A stretch of 64,000 nt of DNA from Octopus vulgaris (GCA_951406725.2 OX597821.1:64046001-64110000); one strand, 5' to 3'. Positions 27,156 to 42,876 are shown, numbered from the stretch's first letter. Translations and numbers: made by a program. Notes: generated by a model not told the origin, from the letters alone.

Positions 27156-28210
27156 CTTCAGTATGTCTCAATTCCCAGATTTATTAAATAACATACAAAT
27201 GATCTTGTCTAATTCCTTCATTACCAAAGCCGTTAAGAATGTACTGAAGACGGTTCACTCTGATGACAGGCATAATTTGAACACGTCATATTCTTTACGG
27301 AGTGATCATACTCCACTTACGATGACTCTAGTTACTTGTCTTGCCTGTCAAATTATCTGACATGGAATCAGATATTGAATTAAAATTTAATGAATCTATG
27401 GCTCTTGAATCTCGTACTGAAAACATTCTTTACCATACATATTAATATTGCAGTTATTTGTCAGTGCTATTGCAATCAACAGACTGTAAGAGAAGTGTGC
27501 GAGTGAATGATGGTAATGATTAGTGAACGTGCGAAGCAATTAGACACCAAATGAAAAATTTAGTCGGTACTAATATGATTAATTATTGGAAAGAGTGATG
27601 TCTTGAGAGACAGCTCATTTTATCAGGATTGATTATCACTGTTACAAAAATGTGGTTTGAGAAATTAAGGTTGAGCAATTAACTTCGTTTGAGGACAAAT
27701 AGTGAAAGATGTCTGCAGTCAGAATAAATTAACCAAATGCACTCGCAGCCGGAAATAACAAACTGAAGAAATTAGAGAAATATCGATAGCGTTTGAATAA
27801 CAAATTAGGTAATTGCCATGACGGGTCACATGATTAAATGATTATATTTGAATACGAAATCTTTATTGATAAACGTAATCCGTTGCCCGGTTTAACGCCC
27901 ACGGCTGGTTTCGGGTTGCTTTAACAAAATCCTCTACGTTGCAAGCAATCAGAAAAGCTATGAGTATCAGAAGATTCCCTTTTTTCAACTAGTTGCAAAG
28001 GGTCATGTGCCGTACCTCCTCTCCGTTTGCTTATGACATGTAGAATTAGATCATTTGTACAGAGAGAGAGAACAAGTCAAGCAAGGTTCGTAGTTCAGGT
28101 TTATTGCAAGGACAAAGTAGCTTATGAAATAGATGGCATTAGTTTCAGTCAAGGTGGCGAGCGGAGAGAATGTTAGCATGCCGGACAAAATTCTTAACGA
28201 TATTTCTTCC

Positions 28211-28482
28211 ATTATTTCCATTATTTACATTCGACGGATATTTGTCCTCATCTTTTTTGTTGCTAACACAACGTTTCGGCTAATATACCCTCCAGCCTTC
28301 TTCAGGTGTCTTGGGGGAAATTTCGAACCTGGGTTCTCATTCCTACGGTATTTTTCGATGTCATTATCATTATTATTATTGTTGTTGTTGTTGTTGTTGT
28401 TGTTCAGGTCACTACTTGGAATCAAACTCGGAATCTTGGGGTTAGTAGCCCTCACTCTTAGCCACTGCGCCATATGCCCGTG
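28211..28482 (-). mobile_element. tRNA-headed, hammerhead-containing mobile unit, family H4 copy 1, inserted in an S1 SINE
   Basis: Minus strand: A box tggcgcagtggctaag, B box gagtttgattcc, (AAC/AAT)n, then HHR. TSD ga(t/c)atttcttcc at 28199-28210 and 28483-28494; the S1 sequence resumes after it. Confidence 0.8.
28265..28310 (-). ncRNA. Predicted minimal type-I hammerhead ribozyme (H4)
   Basis: GACAC-CUGAAGA-A-GGCUG(10 nt)UAGCC-GAAAC-GUU^-GUGUU; palindromic stem III AACGUU. Confidence 0.7.
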
Positions 28483-29914
28483 GACATTTCTTCCGTCTTT
28501 ACATTTTGAGTTCAAATACTTCCGGAATCGACTTCTCCTTTCGAACTTTCCGGTTGCTAAAATATTTACCAGTTGAACACTGAGGTCGAGGTAATCGACA
28601 TGTCCCCTCCCGTGAAATTGCTGCCCTTGTACCAAAATTTGAAATATCTATATTTCAATCAAGCCGATGAACCGGCAGAATTGTTAGAAGCCGGATAAAA
28701 TGCATAGCTGCATTACTTCCGTTTTCAGATTCTGAGCTCAAATTCCGCCAAAGTGGACTTTGCCTTTCGACCTTTCTGGTTGATGCAACTAGTACCGGTT
28801 GAACACTAGAATCGATGTAATCAACTTATATCGCCGGATAAAATGCTTAGCATCAGTTTTTCCGGGTTTAAGCTCTGTGTTCAAATTCATCTGAGATAGA
28901 CTTTACCGTTCATGATTTTCGTGGCTGATGAAATATGTACTAATTAAACACTAATATGTACTAATTAAATGTAATCGAGTGTCATCCCCATCCCACAAAA
29001 TTTCAGGCTTATTGTCTATAGTAGAAAGGGTTAATAGATATATATCAGTTTACCTAAACTTTCAAAAAATACCATAGGATTCGCCGCTTTCTGCAATATG
29101 CATTTAATTAATCTTTACCTGAAGTTGAAAGCATTCTTATGTTTCAACTACGACAATAAATTTGCTAACACAAACCTTTTTCTTATTTGCTATTAGTGTA
29201 TTGGAAATATGTTCTATTTTCTGGAAAGTGAAGTGCAAGTAGACTTAAATAACTTGCGTTGAGGACAAGTCTATCGTATATCAAAAAAGTTCGTGCAGTG
29301 CGAATTTTATGGGTAGAAGAGGATTAAGATAATTTTCCCCGAAAGGGTGAAATTTATATAAACAATTATTTTACAGTCTCACTTTTAAGAAGTTCTGCAC
29401 TGAAGAGCTTAACTGAATTAGATAACTGAATTCTGGTTGTCAGTTCAACCGTTCTAGTTATCTAGGGGGCAACAGTTCAACTATCAAGATCAGTCAATTT
29501 AAACAGATAATGTGTCTTGGTGCAACAGCTCCGCAAGATTTTAATTGAAAGCAAACTGAATATGTTGTATGTGACGTATAAATCTTTTTTTTTCTTTTAT
29601 GGCTTTCTTTTGCAACGTGAAGTAGTTAATTGAACAAACATTATCGAATGCTAAAGATCAAAGTCGCATTATTTTGATCAATACTTCTTTTATTTTATAG
29701 AGATTAAATAATTACAATTGCAAAATATATATCAGGAGTAATCTCCCTAAGTTCAATCTTAAAGATTAAGCCAAGGCAATGTAGTGAAAAACATTTTGTT
29801 CGAAAGATAACTTGTCGTGAAGAGATGACAAGAATAAAATTCCTTAACTAATTCATCAAAGTATTCTAAAGAAAAAGTTTAGATAAATGACTAAAGATTA
29901 TGATAGAGAATAAT

Positions 29915-30510
29915 CTTTTCTACTCTAAGCACAAGGCCCGAAATTTTGGGGGAAGAGATCGACGCCAATACGCAACTGGTACTTAATTTATTGACCCCGA
30001 AAGGTTGAAAGGCAAAGTCGACCTCGGCGAAATTTGAACTCAGAACGTAGCAGCAGACGAAATATCGCTAAGCATTTCGCCCGGCGTGCTAACGTTTCTT
30101 ATTTCTTTATTGCCCACAAGGAGCTAAACACAGAGAGGACAAACAGCGACAGAAAAACAGGTTAAGTCAATTACATCGACCTCAGTGCGTAAGTGGTACT
30201 TATTTATCGACCCCGAAAGGATGAAAGGCAAAGTCGACCTCGGCAGAATTAGAACTCAGAACGTAACGGCAGACGAAATACCTATTTCTTTACTACCCAC
30301 AAGGGGCTAAACAAAGAGAGGACAAACAGCGACAGACAAACGGTTTAAGTCGATTATATCGACCCCAGTGCGTAACTGGTACTTATTTAATCGACCCCGA
30401 AAGGATGAAAGGCAAAGTCGACCTCGGCGGAATTTGAACTCAGAACGTAGCGGCAGACGAAATACGGCTACGCATTTCGCCTGGCGTGCTAACGTTTCTG
30501 CCAGCTCACT
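29915..30510 (-). mobile_element. SINE S1 trimer (two type-2 tails, one type-1 tail) with a 12-bp TSD
   Basis: Three tandem bodies; atagagaataat at 29903-29914 and 30520-30531. Confidence 0.88.
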
Positions 30511-30684
30511 TTCTTCATAATAGAGAATAATGCCGCGTCTGTTACGTTAGTGTCAGAGATATTTCAACATTATGAGACACGTAAGGTTTTGACACATGTC
30601 CACAGCGTTTTAATTGATCATATTCTGCGACAGTTGGGTTCTTAAAGAAACGTCACAAGATGTAATAACCCTTTATTATTTTGA

Positions 30685-31285
30685 AACAAGGCCAGCAAAT
30701 TTTGAGAGGCGGATAAGTCGATTAAATTGAAAACGGTGATCAACTGATATTTAATTTATCGACCTCGAAAGGAAGAAAGACAAAGTCGACCTCGGCAACG
30801 CTTAAACAGAACGCAATAATGTACGAAATTTTGCTAAGCATTTTGTCCGATGTACTGACGAATCTACCAGCTCACCACCTTATCACAAAACATAATGACC
30901 CTTTTTTTATTTTGGCACAAGGCTAACAAATGTGAGCGGTAGGAAATTTGATTACATCAACCCCCCCCCCCCCAGTACTCAGCTCCTACTTTTCCTATCG
31001 ACCCCGAAAGGATGAAAAGGTAAAGACGATCTCGGCGCAACATTAGAACTCAGAACGTAAAGTCGTGTGAAATGCCGGAAAGCATTTTTTTCCACCGCGC
31101 TAAAGATTCTGCCAGCTCACTACCTTATTACAATATCATGATGATAGGAAGAGGTATTGGAGCCGACGTTTTTGCTGGGCTCCAATTTACTTGACTACAA
31201 CTACTCCCGTATATGATATTATATTATATTAGTTCCAGAAAGATTAAAAGCAAAGTTGACCTCGGTAGGGTTTGTACTCAGAACC
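30685..31285 (-). mobile_element. Cluster of older S1 SINE copies
   Basis: Repeated aaagtcgacctcggc / gaactcagaacg / ccagctcacc motifs. Confidence 0.7.
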
Positions 31286-32149
31286 CAATGAGTAACAACT
31301 AAGTTCCAGAAGACATGTGATTCGATATTCTAACAATCCTACCAAGTGATCATATTTCTTCATTTGCAACAAGAATATATATATATATAGCAAAATATTG
31401 AATTACTTGAACCTACAAATATTCGGGTGAAGAAAGAAATCAACTTGGAAAACAAAATATAACGTAAATACATGTGTTAGTGTGTGTGATTTTTACTATA
31501 AAACTACATAAAATATATAACTGCATAATATATAAGTAATAAAATATTTATACATATACATACATACTTACATTGCGCGCAAATATGCATGTACGCATAT
31601 ATATTAATGTTCCTATTTATGTAGTATATTAGAACTATCTCAAATATTAACTGAAGAATATTAATGAAAGAAGTCTCATATCTATTTTTACAGATAAAAA
31701 TTGATTGTGACTCCAAAGATTCAGTAGTTGATTTCGACAGACAGTCTCATAATTTTAACCGTCTCCTTATCTAACCCTCAAAAGACACCAAAATCATTGG
31801 TCTTTTCATCGACACCAAGTTTTCCGTTCGCCTTCTCTTTTCTTCAAATTTTGTGGCTAGCAGTTCTTACGCGTACACATCTTCCAATTCTACTATTCTG
31901 CTATCAATTGCAGTACATGTCATCCAAGACTGCAGCAATCAGATCTGGAATATTGAAACGGAGATCAGGAAACAAGTCATCCAATATGAACTCATCCTCT
32001 TCAGAGTTCTTACTCAATTATTCCATTCTCTCATATACGTATTTCTCATAACTTCGTCCGCTTCAGAGTATTATTCGAACGAAACCATAACCACATCACT
32101 GTCTCTGATCAACTACCTTTCCAAACTATTCTTAGGACAATCTCATTAC

Positions 32150-32515
32150 AAAAAAAAAATGCTCTCAGAGAGCGCAAAGGCAACACTAACGTCCTCTCAA
32201 CGATTATCCGGAGATTATTTTTAGAATGAGAATATCTGAAATAAACTCAACTGCTCTCACAAACGAGAATGCTAAAAATGAACCCGAGCGCTCTCAAAAA
32301 TTAAGTAGAACAACAAGAAAAATAATCGAGAATCCTCGTCCGGTACCGGATTGATCCCAAAATTTAATCAGTTCGTGCCAGTCACAAAGCTAAACATCCT
32401 TGAAAGTTTCATCCGAATTCATCCAGCAGTTCTTGATTTATCTTGTCCACGGACAAACAAGCAAACAAACACGACTGAAAACAATACATCCGCCTTCGCT
32501 ATTTCGGACATAACA
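32150..32515 (+). mobile_element. Non-autonomous Helentron-associated (HINE-like) element, copy 1
   Basis: Homologous to ~51638-52092 (minus); (CAAA)n tract and ccgccttcgct near the 3' end. Confidence 0.6.
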
Positions 32516-34008
32516 AGATAACTTACACTTTTGAAGGCTACGAACAAACATTTGTCTTTCTCACTGCAAGCATATTGTTCAGGATCACTATAGTACAAAT
32601 AATTATACTTCATCTACTGGACTCTTTTCAAATTAGTGCCTACTATTGCTATATCTTTACTAATACTAATAAATTCTACCTCTGTTTTCTCCTCTCTTCT
32701 CTCGAAATCCTTGAATCGAATTCCTTATTGGACTTATTCTTGTGTTTTTTTTTTTTTTGTTTGTTTGTTTTTTTTACCTGGAAAAATAGTAATGCTGATA
32801 TTGTAATCAGAAAGTAAAGAAACGTGACAAATAGTTGGTTTCTAAAATACGTGCTTCAGAAATAGATTTGCTGTTTAGAAAATCGCATCAGTGCTTCCTG
32901 AATGCTTCAAGAACATGCTGCAAGGTCCATGCAGTTCTTTTTTTCCTTTCTTTTTATTACTCCCAAATCGTTACATTATGGAATGAACTTTCTTAACGCT
33001 TTCAGAATAAGCGATTGAATTGAACGCAATAACTTAAATGTCTCCGACCTAAGAACGATTAGAGTCACGGTGTAACTAAGTTATAGAAGTGTGCTATTTG
33101 TCCTACATTTAACTGATCTCACCAACTCACTGCGTTTGGAATAAACTTCATTACGCTACATTTATTTCTCCAATTTTAAATGTTGTCGATGAGCGTGAGA
33201 GAGATTAGGACCTGATAGAAAAATTCTGCAGAATTCAAGAAATTTAGTACATTCCTCCGCTTCGATAATACAAATGACAATCATATTCAATTTTAAGAAA
33301 TTTACGAAGATTTAAGGCAATTGAATACAGAGTATTGACCTGATCATGTCAGAAATAAGTACTTACCAAGTATATCTTGAGCTGTTCCTTCCACTTAATA
33401 TGTTACAATACGTTCTTGATAAAGACATTTAACTCTAGATATTTCACCTTACATATCTCAAACATACACGTACTTCCGCATGAACGTCTCAGATACGTGG
33501 TTATCTTTGAAAGCGATTGAATTTGCGTTTCAGTAAGATTTAATTCCAAACGACACAAAATTTGTTCAGAATGTTTGGTCGTGCAGAAATATAAAAGTTG
33601 TTAAAATGATTTAGGGCATAAGAAGAAGACACATTTCTATTTATTTAATGTATATTTTTTATGAAATTGTCAAATATTTGTTGTGAATTTACTATTTTTT
33701 TTTATAAAATATTTTCTTGTCAAGATTTTAATTTCAATATAGTTCCTTTTATTAATCTCAGTTATTAGACATTGACGTCGGTTGAGTAAGCGCTGTCAAC
33801 GGTTTTAGGTGGTTATACCGCCCCCCACCGGTATTCTTTGATCAATTATATTGTCAATTATCTACGAAAAAAAAAACGAAAATACCCCCTGGAATAAAAG
33901 AAGTGGTTAGATAGAGCTAAACAGAACAAGGTTGTCTGGTTTCCTGCGACTATCTCATCACCAACCACGATAGCACACACACACACACATACATACACAC
34001 ACACACAC

Positions 34009-35742
<1,734 letters not shown>

Positions 35743-36843
35743 AAATATGTGTGTGTGTATGTGTGTGCATGTGTATGTTTGTATTAATGCATAATATTAT
35801 ATTATTACACACATTTGCACATACATATGTGTGATTGCGCGCGCGTGTGCGTACATTTGGGTGTAATTTCAGAATGGAGATCTTAGCGGTAATTTTTAAG
35901 CAGAACGTAATAATATATTCCTATAATTCAACCCAAAGAGAATAAACTCAAAATACTGACAGTGATTCATATCAAAATGAATATTAATGTTTTACCTCAG
36001 AATTAAGTGCTTAACCTTTGATAACCATCAAATATCGATTTTTAGCTTCAGTAAGTATAAGACATGTTCTTAGCCAAGGTGGTATATTCTGTGAGACGTG
36101 GTGAAGATTTTATGGTCATAAAGATTTTCGCCTGTCACTGAGTTGCAATTAGAAGAAAAATCTAACGTACGTGCACTAAATAATTCGTGGCAAATATTTG
36201 GTTGATTTACTGAAGATATCGATATATGGTGTCGATTGTGAGTTCCATTCCCACGCGTACTAATCCGCGTACTAATCCGAACTAATCCCAAATTTTTCCG
36301 TCGGAGGTTTATAAACTCTAACGTCAGACTATTTTAATAGTCAATACACAGTGAAGGCTAATAATCATATTTACAAAATGTTTAGTCGTCACCGTTTGTT
36401 AATTTAAGCAGAATACGAACGTGTACACACTGAAACCTGAAAATAGGGGTGGGGTATGTTGGTGTAATTAGCACATTTATCGCGAAGGTAAGAGGTGCAG
36501 GTTCCTTTCCCACGAGTACTAATGTCAATTTTTTCCTCATCGGGGATTTTAAATGCCCTAATATTATACTATTTCTAGTGTTAATATACGGTGGAAACTT
36601 AAAATAATGAAAATGGTTTCAAACTTTGGCACAAGGCTAGCAATTTGGGGGGAGGGTGTAAGTCGATTACATCATCGATCTCCAATGCTCAAATGGTACT
36701 TATTTTATCGCCCCTAAAAGGATGAAAGGCAAAGTTAACTCCCAGCTATTAACAATTCTGCTAGTTCACCATATGTGTGTGTTTCTTTGTGTGTGTGTAT
36801 GTATGTGTGTGAGTGTGTATTTCGCTTAGGCATAGCGTGACTA

Positions 36844-37385
36844 TTGGGTTGTCCGGAAGGAAAAAGGTCAATAAATACTTGCCATTACATTTTTAATCAA
36901 CCATATATGAACCATTTTGTTGCACAATGCGTCTCCATCTTTCCTTTAACTTGAAAATGCCCTCTTCCCAGAATTGCGGTGGTTTCATGGCTAAGAATTC
37001 ATCAAGGTATCTTTTTACGTCATCCAAGGAATTGAAATTTTTACCATCAAGATTATTCTGCAGAGACCTGAATAAGTAGAAATCCAAAGGAGCAATATCT
37101 GGTGAATATGGAGGGTAGGGTAACACATCCCAGCCGAGTTGCAGCAGTTTTTGTCTGGTTTCCAAAGCATCAAGTGCTGAAAATGAACTTTCTTATCTTT
37201 CATTTTAAAGGGTTACAGAATTAACACAGGTTATAGGAACATAAATCTTCTTCCACGAAAAGATAGCTTAAACCCTGCTCTAAATAGAGGTGTAGTCAAA
37301 TCCTATTTTATGGACTCAACCATGTTCTAAAATAAGTCTAAAGGTAAGCTACTATAAATCGGCACGAATTTTCCGGACAACCCAA
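36844..37385 (-). mobile_element. Internally deleted mariner transposon (542 bp)
   Basis: TIRs ttgggttgtccggaa / ttccggacaacccaa with TA TSDs. N-terminus MKDKKVHFQHLML is joined to C-terminus GWDVLPYPPYSPDIAPLDFYLFRSLQ...WRRIVQQNGSY. Confidence 0.93.
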
Positions 37386-37735
37386 TAATAACCTGATGTA
37401 GAAGTCAAAAGTATGGTCCAGAACACAATGTTATATGCGTATAGAGTGGTAATAGAAATCAAAGAGATGAGACCAGAGGTAACAAAATGCTATGCAATGA
37501 ACTTCATTAGCTTACACCTGTTTCTGATACAAGATGTAGTGGGATGTTGATTAAGTACCAGGGTAACATCCTATAGCTTCATCAGAGCATTGAATATGAA
37601 GTGCACTTTCTTTGGGAATGTTACTTTTTCAGAGCATTATGAATATAGGCGTTATGAATGAGAAAGTTTATGTTGGTGGATATGGAAAGTAGAAAAATGT
37701 GTATATATATATGTGTGTGTGTGTGTACGGGTGTG

Positions 37736-37939
37736 TGCGAACGCGTGTGTATCGTTGGCGAGTTTCTTTCTCCGTCTTCCCTTCCTTGGACCTTTCCTTT
37801 TTCTATGTTTCTGACGAAGAGCTCCGCTCGAAACGTTAAATACTCCTTCATTCTTTCCTCTCCTGAGCGTCCAATAACACTATACTTGTTCCACGTCCTC
37901 GCGTTGTTGTATTTTCTCTTTGTTCATGTTTGGAATAAC

Positions 37940-37941
<2 letters not shown>
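37736..37941 (+). mobile_element. Family H1 copy 2
   Basis: Inverted homolog of 1862-2062. Confidence 0.7.
37806..37842 (+). ncRNA. Predicted minimal type-I hammerhead ribozyme (H1)
   Basis: UGUUU-CUGACGA-A-GAGC(UCC)GCUC-GAAAC-GUU^-AAAUA. Confidence 0.7.
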
Positions 37942-38005
<64 letters not shown>

Positions 38006-38016
38006 GAGAGAGCTGC

Positions 38017-38405
38017 GATGAACTACTAAGCGGTGCCATGTTTTACAGTTTTGTAAATAATATTTTATTAGCTTAAGGCTTATAAGCGATCACCGTGTCT
38101 TGACTAAAGTAAATGGTCTAATATTGGGGAATATAAACCCTCGACAGGAAAAAGTGGATTTTTCGTATGAGTGAGACTCGAATGCTCAACTCTATGTTTT
38201 CGCGACAAGCGTGCTAACATTTACACCAACATACCCACTCACCTCTTTCTGTCAGATCAAAGAACAATAATTCCATAGAGTTGTTTTTATAAACAAACTA
38301 GGATGTGCGCTTTCGCCGATGATCCGATAAGCGGTGCCGAGTTTTACAATTCTGTTTATAATAATAATATTTTTTAAGCTTAAAGCTGATAAGCGATCAC
38401 CTGTG
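38017..38405. repeat. ~85-bp imperfect direct repeats ~300 bp apart enclosing a tRNA-like head (minus strand)
   Basis: taagcggtgcc...ttttaca...agcttaa.gct.ataagcgatcacc occurs twice. The internal gtatgttggtgtaaatgttagcac is shared with ~36453 (plus strand). Confidence 0.6.
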
Positions 38406-39416
38406 TGTATGTATGTATCCCGTTAATATTTCGATGTGAGTTTCCGGTAAAAGGTTAAATAAATTACATTTAATTTTAAATTCCAAACTTGATTGGTAAA
38501 TATGATTTAAAGAGAATGGTTAAGCATTTAGCTTAAACGTTGTATATGAGAATTTTCGATAAGATTATACACCAGCCAAATGTTTATGGACGTCTTTCAA
38601 ATAATCATCATTCTTTTGACCATTCGGTCCGGGAACTTCTATGAGAAATCGATTTGCTATGCTTAAAGAATCGCGTCAGTGCTACCTGGATATCTCACAG
38701 ACATGCTGCAAGTTACAGGCAAAAATTTGCCTTTTCTTTTTTTTTTTTTTTTTTGCTACTTTCTACTCCAAAATAGCTTCATTAAAGACTGAACTCTTTT
38801 CTTATGGCATTCAGGCAGAGTATAACCTTGATCTTTCTAAATTCAAGGTTGATAAGTGCGTTGCGTAGGTTTTTTGCAATTTCCGCCATTTTAACATTTT
38901 ATGCGACTCTTTACCAGCATCTCAATTTATTTCTTTACATAAAACATTTTACTGTCTTCTCATTTGTTGTATTATTCTATTCTGAACATCTCTTTAATTA
39001 GTCCGTTTATTACCATCTTAATGCATTTCATTTAAACTATGTATCTATTGTAGTCGCCTTTCATTTGCTGTCTTAAATATTCATGCATATGTTATGTTCA
39101 TTCGACATTGATGCCATTGCCCTGAAGTGACCTAAAGGCTTATCTTTGACTGATTTCCAGTAAAACGAATGCATGAATGAGTGCGGTTGTGTGCGTATGT
39201 ATGTGTGTGTGTGTGCAAGGCATGCGCGTGTTATTTATATTTACTTATAAACTTATATATATATGTGTGTGTGTGTATACATATATGTATGTATATACTT
39301 GTGCATATATACACATATATGTATGTGTATATATAGTTGTATATCTTTGTGTATGTATATATATATCCACATAGAGTTGCACGCCAGTATGTATATATAT
39401 ATGTGTATGTATATTC

Positions 39417-39513
<97 letters not shown>

Positions 39514-41709
39514 TGTGTATGTGCATCTATGTGTGTATATGTATATATGTATGCATATATATGCGTGTGTCCATGTATGTGCGTGGGTTGCAGTTGTTCT
39601 TAATTTCCATCTTCTGGCTTTCACACTGACTGTATTATTTGACCCAATGTTATTTGCTTAAGAGGCCACACTGAATTAAACACATCCACAATAGTTTTTT
39701 AAGTCATATATTTTCTTCAAGTTTACAATGACATTTCACTCCAGCAAGGAAATTAAACTTTCCTTCTGTATAAGCAATATGTTGAATAACATGATCAGCT
39801 TCACTTGGCCTCCATATTCACCACATTTAACTTTCTCTATTTTCACTACGTTTTGGCTATTCAGTTCTGATAACAGTTCCTGCTATACCTGCTGTCGCCC
39901 CAGCACATTTTCTGACTGGAAAAATTCAACCTGGGGCTGCACATCATCAAACATGACACAAGCGATACACATGCAAAGTATAGTCTAATAATCGTGAGCA
40001 CATTTTCTCGTAAACTCTGATAATACGAATCAATTACCAAACGAATTTATTCCGAATGATGATTTAGAATTTTAGATAACCAAATACTGCAGGTGAAGAT
40101 GACATTTATGAATCGTTTCAAAATTTATTATTGTGGTTAGGGGTGAAGACTTTGAGAATTGTGTTATGCTTAAATAATCTTCGAAAGATAAACAGCAATA
40201 CAAAATTGCCTCTTTATGAATAGTTTAACAAAATCTATTTGTTTTTTCTTTCAATTTTGACAGAATTTCAAGTAGAACTGCTTTTACGCCATAACTCGTA
40301 ACTTTTACGAACCGGATTCTTACTTGCAAAAGCGCATGGATCCTTTACAATAACTGACGGTGCATATATAGTAAGCTACGATTTATGTGTATAGAATAAT
40401 GGGAGAAAACTGGTTTATAAAACGTTCTTTGGTCCATTAATCAACTAATTACGGAAAGGCCTTTCAGAGGTATTACGAAGCCCTGTAGAAAATGTTAAAA
40501 AGCAGTAAAATAATGATACCATTAAAAAGAAAGAGGGCTTTAGCATGAATGACAATATTCGGTTACATACAGCTTGAATAAATGGATCAAAATCTCCAGT
40601 AAGTTAATCGATTAATGACCAGAATATCATTTGGCCAAGTAGAAATTGGTCGAAAAACTCAGGCATTAGGATAGCATAAAAGAAGTTCTTTTCCCGCAAG
40701 AAAATGTTCATTACCTTTAGCGTAAATAATTTGATCAAAATCAAATCAGATTAAATTAGAGTCATTTCATTATCCGTCATGTTCTTGCATAATATTTGGC
40801 AAGAATTTATATCAATTCATGAATCTAGTTCGTTTACTGTAACAGAAAAGACAATATCTAAGAATTCAATTATTAAAAGTCTTATTTTCATTTTTGTTTT
40901 TGATCTTAACCAGAAAGGAAAACTTTATTTCTATATCGAGCAGAAAATTTATATTGAAACAAATGGGTTCTATTTCACGATATTGGCTTTTCTTAAATGA
41001 TTTGTAAAAGTAATTTCCTTACGAAGCTTATATGACTTTCGGAACTCTTCTTTGCTTTCGTTCTTTAATCAATATAGGTAGATAAACTAGACATATAACA
41101 CATTTTCGAAGCGTATACATGAAAGTTTCGGCTGTCCAAGTAGAATTATTTTCACGCTAGTATGATAAACACGTATTTTGAAAATTCACCTTTAAATAAC
41201 GCAATAAAAGTAACAGTAAACAAGGTTAAATGTCAACTAATAAAATAAGAAATGGAGCGGCGAATGGCTTAGAAAGCTAATTCATGAAGCAGAAAAAAGT
41301 TAAATAGATAATAAAACAACCTGAAGACTGTAAAGATGAAAGTAAATCAAGTGAGACTTAATAACGAGAAAATGTAATTGAATCTGTTGTAGCATAATTA
41401 GCAGGATGAGTTATATCGTATCAAATTGAGCAGCAGAGATGATGCGGCACGGTGTGCCAAGAATACGGATGACTTCATTAAACTATGTCGTCGTGACTGT
41501 TTCGAGTTGTTTCTTACTGGTATTTATTTATTTATTTTTTCGTCTGTGACTGAAAATATAAAAATAAAAAAAAAAGCATTTGCATTCCCAAAAGTGAAAC
41601 ATCGATTTAAAAGTAGATTGAAATTAATTTTCTAATCAAATTTAATTATGGCCTTTGCAATAAACACAACACGATAACTTACTAAATAATGATAATAATA
41701 ATAATGATA

Positions 41710-41762
<53 letters not shown>

Positions 41763-41763
<1 letters not shown>

Positions 41764-41978
41764 TCTACTCTAGACACAAGGCCTTCAAGATTTTTTATGG
41801 GGAAGGAGCTAGTCAATTGCATCGACACCCCAATGCGTGACTGGTACTTATTTCATTGAGCTCGAAAGGATGAAAAGCAATGTCGACCTCAGCGGAATTT
41901 GGACTCAGAACGTAGCAGCAGACGAAATACCGCTAACTATTTCGTCCGCCGTGCTAACGATTCTGCCAGCTTACCGCC

Positions 41979-41980
<2 letters not shown>
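41763..41980 (-). mobile_element. SINE S1 copy between (TTA)n and (TAA)n tracts
   Basis: tttctactctagacacaaggcc ... ctgccagcttaccgcctt. Confidence 0.8.
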
Positions 41981-42055
<75 letters not shown>

Positions 42056-42057
<2 letters not shown>

Positions 42058-42876
42058 ACTGCATATTTCAGACCAGGAAGCATCATGGAGATGACTCAAC
42101 AAGGGTGACCTAAAAAAGAATACTGAAAGCCTAATCCGCGCGGCCCAGGACCAGCCATTGAATACCAACTCAGTGAAAAAGAATATATACCACACAAGTG
42201 CATTGGTCCTCTGCAGAATGTTTGGGAAGAGGGTCGAAAGTGTGACTCACGTTGTCAGTGTTTATGAAAGTCTTGCGCTGAAAGAGTACAGGCGTAGGCA
42301 CGACAATTAGCCCAAAACCTCTACTGGCTACTAAGTCGTAAGTATGGATATGAGATTATGGGTGCTCGGTACCAACATACACCGGAAAGAGTAACGGACG
42401 AAAAGAGGAAGGCAAAATTCCTCTGGGACTTTGATTTCCAGACAAAGAAAGTATTACATCACCGAAGGCTGGATATAGTAACCTTTAGGTGGGACAAACA
42501 AGAGTGCCTAATAATCGACGTAACAGTGCCAAGAGATCAACACATCATGAAAGAAAAAGTTGATAAATATAGAGACCTGAGTATTGAGATGGCTAAGTTG
42601 TGGCAACTACGAGAGTCACACATAAAGGTTATCCCTATTGTCATCGTAGCATTGGGTTCAATACCATCCAATCTGAAAAGACATCTGAAAACCTTAGAAA
42701 TATCCTACAATCTAGATGTATTGCAAAAGTCGGCATTAGTTGGAACTGCATGCATATTCAGTAAAGTACTCTCTGTCTGATGTTCTTGTTGTGTTTGACT
42801 GACAGTACAAACCCCCGTATACACCATATCTTCAATCAACAGTGTACAACAGATATTATACACTGTGCGACATCTA
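42056..42876 (+). mobile_element. 5'-truncated R4/Dong-type non-LTR retrotransposon (restriction-like endonuclease domain) in (TAA)n
   Basis: Hand translation: KKNTESLIRAAQDQ, decayed CCHC knuckle (CRMF..ESVTHVVS), YRRRHDN, FLWDF, RRLDIV..CLIIDVTVP..KEKVDKYRDL, LQKSALVGT. (TAA)n on both sides. Confidence 0.88.

Noticed and set aside
37885-37912. acg-tcctcg-cgt as an HDV-like ribozyme P3/L3
   Set aside because: No GG for P1.1 after the putative P1 and no P4 or J4/2.
39728-39988. ORF containing WPPYSPHL (Tc1/mariner-like motif)
   Set aside because: A single short motif with no TIRs or other transposase motifs; at most an ancient remnant.
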